This document shows positions 26,446-37,293 of a stretch of 64,000 bases of DNA, in pieces. The notes beneath the pieces were generated by a model, which did no database searches, was not told where the DNA came from, and saw nothing but the letters and a program-made list of their open reading frames with translations. A program made the position numbers and the translations under genes. Source of the stretch: Octopus sinensis (Eukaryota); assembly GCF_006345805.1 (NCBI RefSeq), contig NC_043004.1:32922001-32986000 (forward strand), given 5' to 3'. Every line of letters starts with the position of its first letter. Positions within the stretch are counted from its first letter, which is position 1.

Positions 26446-27384
26446 ACATACATACATACATACATACATACATACATACATACATACATACATACATACA
26501 TACATACATACATACACGCATACACACATACATGTTTTCATTCTTCAAAGTAATTCAAATGTACAATTGTTTCTAAAGTCTATCGTAGAGTAATTATGCA
26601 GCGGACGAGTCTCAATTTGTTTTAACTATTGAAGCAGTTATATATATCACAAGAAAAGCATCAACATCACAACATCACACTGATTTCTTCTATTTCCTTA
26701 ATTTAATGAGGCTAATTATTTGATAAATATTTCAGAGAACGGAAATTCAGGTAATTATTACTTTCACGTATGATAAATAAAATACCAATTGATTTTTTTT
26801 TATTCTACTGAAAATAATTTGATGTCATTTTTAAGAAAAGTGTTCTTGTCACTTTAAGACTGTGTTTTGAAAATCTTCTTTGTCTTCTTGGCTTTGTTTA
26901 ACATAGGTTATCATCTCTTTGCTAAAGTAGAGGAAGCTGAGTTTATCTTCGTCTGATCTCTGGCTTGGTGAATCACCCATTCTCTAAGACACATTCTTTT
27001 CTCTGTTTAAGAACGTATATGAATAAAAAAACCTCCCTGTAATACATACATACATACATACATACATACATCAAAACATGGGATTAGAAAATGTTTTTGG
27101 TATTTATTCACCATTACCAGTGTTTCATTTCCTAACAAGTGTTACAAAATTTTACATGTAATAGTAAGCATATAGCATATTGTTAAATTTAGGGACGGTC
27201 ATTTTTTTTGGCCAAATAAACACACGCTCTTTGCATTCGTTCTTCACTTCAACATTATTATTGTTCTTATTTTTGCAAGAATAATAATAAAGCTGCAGTG
27301 AAGAACGAATATATATAAGTATAGTGCATGTATTTATTTGGAAAAAAAAACAAAAACAAAACAATCCCAAAATATAAAAATATC

Positions 27385-27522
27385 TACATTATTTACATTA
27401 TTTACATTTGACGGATATTTGTCCTCATCTTGTTTGTTGTTAACACAACGTTTCGGCTGATATACTCTTCAGCCTTCATCAGGTGTCTTGGGGAAATTTC
27501 GAACCTGGGCTCTCATGCCTAA
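27385..27522 (-). mobile_element. Penelope-like pLTR fragment
   Basis: Carries a minimal hammerhead motif and a TGTAAATAA tandem tail; truncated at the inverted-repeat arm. Family assignment is by inference from the ribozyme architecture. Confidence 0.55.
27442..27488 (-). ncRNA. Minimal type I hammerhead ribozyme motif
   Basis: Minus strand: AGACAC-CUGAUGA-A-GGCUG(AAGAGUAUAU)CAGCC-GAAAC-GUU^GUGUU. Intact core, 5-bp stem II, 5-bp stem I, palindromic AACGUU in place of stem III. Confidence 0.6.
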
Positions 27523-27523
27523 G

Positions 27524-27573
27524 AATTGTGGCAGGACATGATCACCTATGTCCTACAGTTTGGACACGGCACC

Positions 27574-27618
<45 letters not shown>

Positions 27619-29898
27619 TAACCTGAACAGTAGAGATGGATTATAGGCAGAGGATGAGAAATGTGTCATGAAAAGGAATAGCTTTGTGGGGAATACAAGG
27701 CTTATAAAATATGAGTGGAATCCAGGTCGAAACGGAAACTGTGGGGTTTAGCTCCGGTTTGAGGGCTTTTGAGGAAGTGTAAAGACTGATAAGGAAACGG
27801 TAGTTCTAGGAATCTCCTGCCTGGTCTGAATGCTTGCAACAGACTGAACTCTACTAATGACTATAGGCTGGCGGGGAGGGGTTAAATCGAGAGGTGTGAT
27901 GTGCTAGAAATTAAGAAGGGGCTGATGTATAGAAAAGAGCGCCTTTGATAACAGATTAAGCTCGATAAGGATTGACCTGGGGTTAAACAACAACAAATTA
28001 AACACTTACTTATTATCTGGTAACGTTGTGTCTTACTGGCAGCTGTGAAAGTGAAACGAATAGATCTACAGATATTCCATAAGACATCAGGTGACAAGAA
28101 TACTTAATTCCTTCTGTATCTATCAACCTACCATTTGGAGCAGTATCTTAAAACTGAATAAAACTGTAAAGATACGAAATGTTTGGAGGCTTCTTTTTTT
28201 TCTTTTTTAGTAGATAGGTCATTTTTAGAACAAAAATATTTCTAATATATACCGAAAATTGTATGAAAATTTAACACAACCATATATCATTGGGAGATCT
28301 ATAATTGGAATATTTTAACCCGATGAAATATTAAAGATTTCAATAACCAAATTTTTATTTCTCGTGGGATCTCGTTTGTCAAAATTATATTAGTTATTAT
28401 CGAACTATGAAAGAAATTGTTGATATTATTGGAAATAAGATTTGGCAATCCAACAGACACACAGTTTATGATGGTAGCATGAGTGATATTTCTTGAGATG
28501 TTATAGCAATTGTTTTATTATCAACATGACACAACTGCAAAAGTAAATGGTGGTGGAAATCGGCCGAAACAGGATATCTCTGGTAAAGAGAACCTGTTAT
28601 CAAAACCGTTCCATATGTGACCATATAGTCAGATTCTGTATCAATGCGTCCTTCCAGATTTGCATATTTAAGATGCAAATTTCATCTCTTACCTAAGTTA
28701 ACAACAACTAAGTTGAAAACTTGATGGTATGGTGTGTAATTGTCGTCATTAAAGATATCGTTATACTAAAGAAACTCTAAAGAAATGGTAGAAAGATCTT
28801 GACGCCAATCGATGAATTGCTTTCGAATCTGCTGTTCGTTTCGCATATGAGAAAACCATTTATACACATTATTCTATTTCCCCATCTGCAGAGTTCTGTG
28901 TTTCTGCAAACGTTTAAATCTTATTTAGATTAGAACGATGCACCTCCAGGACAAGGTAGAGAAAGAACGGGAAACAGAAATACCATTTTACACATACATC
29001 TCAAGAAATATCACTCATGCTACCATCATAAACTGTGTGTCTGTTGGATTGCCAAATCTTATTTCCAATAATATCAACAATTTCTTTCATAGTTCGATAA
29101 TAACTAATATAATTATGACAAACGAGATCCCACGAGAAATAAAAATTTGGTTATTGAAATCTTTAATATTTCATCGGGTTAAAATATTCCAATTATAGAT
29201 CTCCCAATGATATATGGTTGTTGTAAATTTTCATACAATTTTCGGTATATTTTAGAAATATTTTTGTTCTAAAAATGACATATCTACTAAAAAAGAAAAA
29301 AAAAAGAAGCCTCCACACATTTCGTATCTTTACAGTTTTATTCAGTTTTAAGATACTGCTCCAAATGGTAGGTTGCTAGATGCAAAAGGGATTAAGTACT
29401 CTTGTCACCTGATGTCTTATGGAATATCTGTAGATCTATTCGTTTCACTTTCACAGCTGCCAGTAAGACACAACGTTACCAGATAATAAGTAAGTGTTTA
29501 ATTTGTTGTTGTTTAACCCCAGGTCAATCCTTATCGAGCTTAATCTGTTATCAAAGGCGCTCTTTTCTATACATCAGCCCCTTCTTAATTTCTAGCACAT
29601 CACACCTCTCGATTTAACCCTTCCCCACCGGTCTATAGTCATTAGTAGAGTTCAGTCTGTTGCAAGCATTCAGACCAGGCAGGAGATTCCTAGAACTACC
29701 GTTTCCTTATCACTCTTTACACTTCCTCAAAAGCCCTCAAACCGGAGCTAAACCCCACAGTTTCCGTTTCGGCCTAGATTCCCCTCATATTTTATAAGTA
29801 TGCTATTCCCCACAAAGCTATTCCTTTTCATGACACACATTTCTCATCCTCTGCCTATAATCCATCTCTACTGTTCAGGTTGTCTCTCTGTCTCTCTG

Positions 29899-29943
<45 letters not shown>

Positions 29944-29995
29944 TTGGTTCCATGCCCAAACTGTAGGATATAGGCGATCATATCCTGCCACAATT
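27524..29995. repeat. Large inverted repeat: arms 27524-28501 and 28996-29995, spacer 28502-28995
   Basis: Arms are reverse complements (identical 71-aa ORFs at 27882-28097 minus and 29402-29617 plus); roughly 95% identity by eye. Confidence 0.95.
28693..28765 (-). CDS. Candidate 73-nt coding exon (YNDIFNDDNYTPYHQVFNLVVVNL), unrecognised protein
   Basis: Minus strand: TCTTTCTACCATTTCTTTAGAGTTTCTTTAG|TATAAC...AACTTAG|GTAAGA. Only one frame is open (phase 0 in, phase 1 out). A competing AG lies 11 nt upstream. Confidence 0.4.
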
Positions 29996-30600
29996 TTTTG
30001 TTCTTTGTTTTCTGCGACTCTCCCACTTTCTGATGTTTAATGTCTTTCTCTTCCAACCAGTTAGCCAAGCTTGACATCCATATCATCCTTTCCAACCCTT
30101 TGCTTCTTTTTCTCTTCAATCTTCTCGGCCGTCGCTAAATCCTTCAGACACTCTTTTCTCATCACGTGACCGAAAATCTCAGTTGTTTGGCCCTTATCTC
30201 ACAAAGCAGTTTTCTATTTACCGCAGACCAGGTCATCATTAGTCACTTGGTGTGTCCATGCTATCCTCAATATTCTTCTTAAGAACCACATTTCCCAGCT
30301 CTCCAAGCATCTTCTTATTTCCGATGTAAAACCATGCCTGACTTCCATACATTAACACATGGTAGACGTAGCATTTCAAAATACGGATCTTAGTCTTGAT
30401 GCTCAGAGTACGGAGATCGATTCTCAAGATGTTATACAATTTTAAGAATGTAGATTTTGCCAGCACCATTCTTCTTTTGGTCTTTTTCGCAGATCTTGCA
30501 TCTTCTGTGATCGACGTTCCAAGGTAGTTGAAAAATGATACCTGCTTAATGATTTGATTGTTCACTTTCAGCATGCACCGTTTAAGATACACTCTTTATT
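29940..30600 (-). mobile_element. RTE-clade LINE 3' fragment
   Basis: IKQVSFFNYLGTSITED...RILKCYVYHVLMYGSQAW and ...KRSKGLERMIWMSSLANWL...LWQDMIAYILQFGHGT, followed by a (GA)n tail. Confidence 0.9.
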
Positions 30601-30665
30601 TAACTCTGGAATTATTTTTGTCTGTGCATACGTAAACTCCAGTCTCTCTACGTTTCATCTCTCAC

Positions 30666-30716
30666 CTGAATATCTGTAATAATAATTTCCAATTCCTCTG
30701 GCTCGAAGTCGTTATT
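30666..30716 (-). CDS. Candidate 51-nt coding exon (NNDFEPEELEIIITDIQ), unrecognised protein
   Basis: Minus strand: CCTTCTTTTCTTTTTGTTTAACGACGGTAAAG|AATAAC...ATTCAG|GTGAGA. Symmetric and open in phase 0. The AG is about 12 nt from the pyrimidine tract. Confidence 0.4.
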
Positions 30717-31064
30717 CTTTACCGTCGTTAAACAAAAAGAAAAGAAGGGGAAAGGACCGGTTAGATTTTGTGGTTCCTGACATACAGTTTGAGAGGACGG
30801 TCATCACCGGACTACTTTTGATCGTGAGTCTACTCGACCAGGTCGTCTGGCCTGGAGTTAAACAACAATATCAAAAACTATTTGGTAAAGGAGTCAACGA
30901 GAAAGTTTTTTACAGGCCTTGTGAGTATATTAAACTTGGTCGTCATTCGACCTGCAAGAAGTAGCAGTCAGATCACCCTCATATCATATCCTACCCTCTT
31001 AAAACACGAAATACATTTATAATAGAGGTGTAGCGGACGCTTAGTGAAATTCTCTCTCTCTCTC

Positions 31065-31900
31065 TGTTATATAAACATGAATACGGACGTAGTAGATAAC
31101 AGCTAGCCTTCGGCCGCTTGGACCCTGTTGTGTCCGCTACTCTGATTGGTTGGTATTGGCGCAGTTTGTCTCTTGCTCTGTTTCGCGCCGATGTGCAACC
31201 CAAGCAATAGTAGCCTTTTGATAAGGTCATGTGAGACAGTCTCTTCTAAATCTCCGTTTGCGCCTACTGGTCCCTATAAAAAGCTAGCTTCAACACCGTA
31301 TTTCGTCTTTCGGTTCTAGACCTTCTAAGGTCTAACCACTGACCACAGAGCACACAACCAGTTCCAGCAACAGACGACACCAGCAGTTCACATGGAGAAA
31401 CATCAACACTTCGTCCAGCAGTATCAGGACCTACATCTCCGTCGCCAACATCTCTCTACGTACACCCAGGTTTTATCTCCTCACTGTTTGTGAATTACTT
31501 TACCATGGTTAACAGCAATACAACCTGCGAGAAATTCCTGTATCAAGTGACCGGCAGCGGCATAGTAGCCACAACTTCTTACACGACATGTGCTTCAACC
31601 GGCTCTTCTTCTTCGCCACAACTTCTTGTTACAGCACTTCAACTATTGTGTACCTTACTACGAACTGGTATTTATCATCATTGTGTGTGAACATTCTTCT
31701 AGCTCTGTATTTTATCTCACACGCATACACCCTTGTTTGTACACACATTCACATTATGTATGCATGACCGCCTGTCTATTGTTATTATTACATATGTACT
31801 TATGACGAACACACGGAAACACATGTTAACACCTAAATAAAATCTTCTCTTAAACCTTCTGTCGGTTATGTCTTTCTTCTCCTTCTGGCACCCATACTCA
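31065..31900 (+). mobile_element. LTR-like unit (possible solo LTR)
   Basis: Begins TG, reverse CCAAT (ATTGG 31145-31149), TATAAAAA (31275-31282), AATAAA (31836-31841); GC-richer than its flanks. No TSD or matching terminal CA could be fixed. Confidence 0.4.
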
Positions 31901-32788
31901 TTTATCCATTTTTGCTTTTATTGTAAAGCGACCGTGCGGTGTATTAAAGGAGTCATTCATTCATCACCTCTTCTGCACACGGTCGTTCTTACAGAGGTTT
32001 ATAAAAGAGGTGTGTTCCCTCGGGGTGACTTGCAATTAAATAGCAACAACAACATCCACTTGGATATTTTTCTTAACAAATACTTGCCCCACGGAGAAAA
32101 CTTGACATTTAAGATATAACGATACAATTACAATGTAAGTTAATATCAAAGTGAAATGAAAACCGGTACATTTGAACAGAAATACCTTGCATTGTTCAAA
32201 TCCGTTTGAGTTGTCTTCCCTCATATCGGAACCCACTTTGCATTTTTACATCTTCCGCTGTCGATAAAATAAAGGCCAGACAAAATACTGGGAACGATAT
32301 TGTTGACGACAGGAATAACGGTTGATGACTATATCCCAGCATGGCCGTAGTCAAAAGGACTGCAACCAGTGAAAAGGACAGAACGAAAGTGAATCGAACC
32401 AAACTAAAATAAAAATCCTTGATATTTCACTTTTACTAAACATGATTAACTCTATCCGGACAATCATATTTCCTGAAATTAAATACACTTCAGATAATCG
32501 ACTAAATTAAAAGAAGAGAAGCGAGTGCTTGGGTTTAAAGCATATGCAAGACATCTTAAAATAGGAGAATCTATTTGTATAAGTGGACTTGTGTGACGAC
32601 GAATGTTCGTTGAACAACGGAGACAACGATTGTCGATTCAGTGAAGACAATAAGAGAAAGTCGAAATTCAGATTATCATTAGCTGTACACAGCTTATCAT
32701 TAGTCTTAAAGTACTGGAGATATTGATATTTGTTGAAAGAAGAGATGCTCTCTTTCTGAAGGACCATGTGAAACAAAAATACATGTAT

Positions 32789-32838
<50 letters not shown>

Positions 32839-32986
32839 ATATGTATGTATGTATACACATTTGTATATATATATACATATATATATATGCATATATATAT
32901 ATATATATATATATGCATATATCTATATATATATATGCACTTATATTCATATATATATGTTTGTATATAAATATATATTCATATAT

Positions 32987-33024
<38 letters not shown>

Positions 33025-33280
33025 TTAGGATTTAGAGATTGTCACTAAAATATTCAATACAATAGTTATATGTGAGTGTATGTGTGCGTGTGCGTGCGCG
33101 TGTGTACATGCATACACACATGAACACTTGAAAAAGTACTCAATACCAGCTGTAGAGTATAAATAATTTAACCAATCTACAAGTTTCCGTGTTTGAACAC
33201 GATTCCTATATTCCCTCAGGCTCAATGGAATGGCTATTATTTTGACAATCACAATATTTCAACGTTCCGAACAGACTCAC

Positions 33281-33326
33281 CTTTCTCATTGGCCAAATAC
33301 GAGTCTCACGTGAATATGGGAGCGGT
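33281..33326 (-). CDS. Candidate 46-nt exon (xPLPYSRETRIWPMRK), unrecognised protein
   Basis: Minus strand: TTCTTTTTCTTTTTTTTTCTTAG|ACCGCTCCC...ATGAGAAAG|GTGAGT. Very strong acceptor and donor; one open frame ending in phase 0. Confidence 0.6.
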
Positions 33327-33604
33327 CTAAGAAAAAAAAAGAAAAAGAATATGATTTTGTGTTTGTATTTATTTTGGTAGAAGGTAACATGTGTCGCACA
33401 TGTGTAGTTTATATGGTTGTGTGAGACGACATGTGCGTAGGTGTACACATTTTACCCAAGTTTAAGTATGCGCATGCGCGTTGGCGTCTGTTTATCTCCC
33501 ACGTGTCTCTAATCCTTGTCGCCAAATTTCCCGAAGTAAAACGTTCGGTTTTGCTATTCAATACATAAAGTCACACATCATCAGAAAAGATTAATTAAAA
33601 TTCA

Positions 33605-34698
33605 TTAAAACGACAAATCTGTCGGACTTTCAAAGAGGTCAAACTGTTGGTACTCGTATAGCAGGCGCTAGCGTAACGAAAGCAGTTGAAATGTTTGGTG
33701 TGTCAAGAAGTACTGCCTCGAGAGTAATGACAGCCTTTGGAGAAAGAGAAAAAAACCTCCTCGTCGAAACAAAACTCTGGAAGAAAACCAAAACTTTCCG
33801 ATAGGGACCGCCGAACTCTTACGCGAATTGTTAGAAAGGATCACAAAAGTACAGCTCTCAAAATTACTGCAAAGCTTAATGACCACCTCGAGAACCAAGT
33901 TTCCATAAAAGCTGTTCGCCGGGAGCACAAAGTCAGATTTCACGGGAGGGCTGCAATTAAAAAACAACTACTTTCAAAATCAAACATTGCAAAGCGTTTA
34001 GAGTGGAATAAAAACCTACAGAATTGGTCACTAGAGCAGTGGAAGAATGTCATTTTCTCGGACGAGTCATCCTTTATTTTATTTCCGACCACCAGCCGTG
34101 TATACGTGTGGAGACAGCCAAAAGAAGCATTTGACCCAGAATGCCTACTTCCAACTGTTAAACATGGAGGAGGATCTGTGATAATCTGGTGGGTGGTGGG
34201 GGTCTATATCTTGGAAATCCGCTGGCCCAAAGGTTTCCCTTTAAGACAGATATTAATAGTCAAGACTATTTAAGCATTATATCTGATCAAATTCATCCTA
34301 TGATTGCAGAACTGTTTCCGATGGGAAACGCAATCTTTCAGGATTATGATGCACCAATTCCCACAGGTAAAGTTGTTACTGAATGGCGCGAGGAACATTC
34401 TAGTGAAGTTGAGCAACTTATCTGGACACCACAGCCCCCAGATCTCAATATGATTGAACATTTATGGTGCATTTCAGAAAAATAGGTAAGGAGTCGATAT
34501 CATCCACCATCATCACTACAAGAACTGGAGACTGTTTTAGCTGAAGAATGGACAAAAATTCCTTTGGAAACAATTCAAACTTTGTACGTGTCCATACCTC
34601 GTGGAATTGAAGCTGTAATTACTGCCAAAGGTGGTCCCCATATTAAAATAAATTTGCTTGAAATTTTAAGGTGTTTCCATTATATTGTCCAACTCCTG
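33605..34698 (+). mobile_element. Tc1-like DNA transposon (DD37E/TRT-type), frameshifted, 5' TIR missing
   Basis: LSDFQRGQ...GRKPKLSDRDRR...VIFSDESSF...TVKHGGGSV...IFQD-(37 aa)-E (PPDLNMIEHLW). 3' TIR GTGTTTCCATTATATTGTCCAACTCCTG then TA. Confidence 0.9.
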
Positions 34699-34699
34699 T

Positions 34700-34773
<74 letters not shown>

Positions 34774-34791
34774 TATATATTATATATATAT

Positions 34792-34830
<39 letters not shown>

Positions 34831-34900
34831 GGATAACAACAGGTAATCGAAACTGTGCCGGTGCTTTACTCATCATCTATTTATACATTTTGTATGATTT

Positions 34901-34936
<36 letters not shown>

Positions 34937-34949
34937 TATCATCATCGTC

Positions 34950-35125
34950 GTCGTCGTCGAACGTCCGTTTTCCATACTGGCATGGGTTCGACGGTTCGAC
35001 CGGAGTCTGGGAAGCCAGAGGGCTGCACCAGGCTCCAGTCTGATCTGGCAGTGTTTCTACAGCTGGATGCCTTTCCTAACGCCAACCATTCCGTGAATGT
35101 AGTGAGTGCTTTTTACGTGTCAGGT
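34950..35125 (-). mobile_element. RTE-associated short repeat (GGTTGGCGTTAGGAAAGGCATCCAGCTG...GGAAAACGGACG + (GAT)n tail)
   Basis: Ends in a (GAT)n microsatellite tail on the minus strand; motif recalled as a common RTE-linked non-autonomous element. Confidence 0.55.
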
Positions 35126-35181
<56 letters not shown>

Positions 35182-35445
35182 AAGCAATTAGTTACCTGTG
35201 CAAGAATAAAACAAGCATACTCAAAAATCATTGAGACTGAAGAATATAATTAATATATACAAACATGGAACACTCACCATTTTCGCAATTGCCAGGCAAA
35301 CACGTGTATGAAGGTATTCGATTTCTCATCAACGATTACGATTAACCTGTAATGGTTTCACTTAACAGCTGAAGTGGGAAGTGTGTTGATTACCGATCAG
35401 AAATCTGGTTTGATAGACCTGGCATGCCGGAAAACCCCGAGTACT

Positions 35446-35679
35446 TATTTCTTTTACTGCCCACAAGGGGCTACACGCAGAGGGGAAAAACAAGGACAGA
35501 CAAAGGGATTAAGTCGATTATATCGACCCCAGTGCGTAACTGATACTTATTTAATCGACCCCGAAAGGATGAAAGGCAAAGACGACCTCGGCGGAATTTG
35601 AACTCAGAACGTAAAGACAGACGAAATACTGCTAAACATTTCGCCCGGCGTGCTAACATTTCTGCCAGCTCGCTGCCTT
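35446..35679 (-). mobile_element. SINE family A, full length with 17-bp TSD
   Basis: TSD GGAAAACCCCGAGTACT (35429-35445) / GGAAAACTCCGAGTACT (35680-35696). Confidence 0.9.
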
Positions 35680-36821
35680 GGAAAACTCCGAGTACTGTAA
35701 GTGAGTGTTATATGCATATGTGTGCGTGTGTGGGGGGAGGGTGCAGTGTTCCTTATCGCAAGCATTGCGTACACTTTTTCTTGTAAGAGAGAATAGATAA
35801 GATGGGGAGAGATAGAGATAGGTGCCAGTTGCGCAAGAGATGTTAAGTTCATGGCAGTTTGAGACTCGCATTACAGTTCAGTTTCCGTTTACTACCAGAT
35901 CCTCGCATTACAGTTTCCGATTGTAAGCAGCATGGAGATTGTTGACCCTCTCTTCGTTGTCTTCTTTTGGACGGGCAACCTCCATGTAAAGCTTCTAGCG
36001 ACAATCCAAGAACGCATGAAAGTTAATTCCAAGATGTTTTATTCATAAAGACAAAGAAACTCTACTAATGTATTATTTTTCAATCCATCCCAGAGCTGGC
36101 TCTTGCCAATCAATATATTCGCTGATCTTAGGTTCAAACTCAAACTCAGTTTCTTATCAAGAATGTTATTACGATATCAGATGTCGACGAAGAATGTGTG
36201 TTACAGGTGGACAAAGGTAATGGCGGCGTTGAGGTTGAAACTAAAATTAAATGTCTTGTTTAGTTCAACGATTCAATCATATCAAAGTTTCCCTGGGGAA
36301 GAGCTCTTCGTTTATCAGACATTGAGATTTATGGAAGGAAAAAAAAAAAGAACGGAAAAAAACAAAGAATTCAATAAAACTCGCATAGAGGAAGAAAGAA
36401 GAAAACAGGAAGAATAAGAGTGAAATTAAAAAGACAATTATTTTAGTCTATGCAAATTGTATAAAGAACAAACCTGGACAAACAAACGGCCGCCATATTT
36501 GAGTTATTTACCTAGAAGAGATAATAACGACGTTTTGTATGTTGGAAAGCGAGTTTTTGTTGTAGTTCAGTGAAGCAATTAACGATTGCCACAATCTCGA
36601 CCTAATGAAATACTAATTTAGATAACAATGGTAAGAAAGAAGAGACACAAAAGCTTAGCAATTCACCAGGAAAAGAATGAAGAATTCGAAAAGTTTACCC
36701 AACGAACAACAAACACCTTAACTGGAAACATTTCCTAAGAAAGCAGACTGGAAAGCAAAAATCAATTTAGCAGTAAAGGATTTTTCTCTTCTTTCGTGAC
36801 AGCCTATATATATATATGTAT

Positions 36822-36919
<98 letters not shown>

Positions 36920-37217
36920 GTTTGTATATATGTATGTATGTATTTATTTATTGCCTGTCAATGAAACTTTGTCTATAATAATAATCGATAGAAAGATATA
37001 ACAGATTCTATCGCATCTTATCAGACAAAATATAAACTTCTCTTGTCTCATTGGTGCTCCATTCCTCCCCCTTTTCCCGACGGTTATAACAAACATTTAT
37101 TTAATATTTGCTCAGGTTAAACCAGCATCGTATAACATGCGTAACTAAAGCAGTGTTCTGTAAAGACTATGGAAAGACAGAAAATAAACGATAAAAACCA
37201 ACTGCCTTCGACTTGAC

Positions 37218-37293
37218 CTTTGTCCTTCACTACTGAAATATTCCACTATCTCCAGTTTTGCCAGACCCATGCCATGCATCGTTATAATGATGT
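37218..37293 (-). CDS. Weak candidate 76-nt exon (xIIITMHGMGLAKLEIVEYFSSEGQx)
   Basis: Good acceptor TCATTTCTATTATATTCAG but weak donor AG|GTCAAG; ends in phase 2, compatible with the 33326 exon. Confidence 0.25.

Noticed and set aside
30666-30716. Resemblance of MRKNNDFEPEELEIII to the Myb/SANT-like N-terminus (RKxNFSxxExEIL)
   Set aside because: The downstream conserved Trp helices are absent from the next candidate exon; too short to support a name.
32580-32725. [22 protein letters not shown]-like fragment on the + strand
   Set aside because: Cysteine spacing is incomplete and there are no convincing splice sites.
36078-36260. Possible + strand exon (several open frames, e.g. FLIKNVITISDVDEECVLQVDKG)
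   Set aside because: No frame gives a recognisable protein and no partner exons were found on the + strand.
37218-37293. DIIITMHGMGL resembling the GT61/EOGT motif DILIGMHGAGL
   Set aside because: Following residues do not match, and the donor site is weak.
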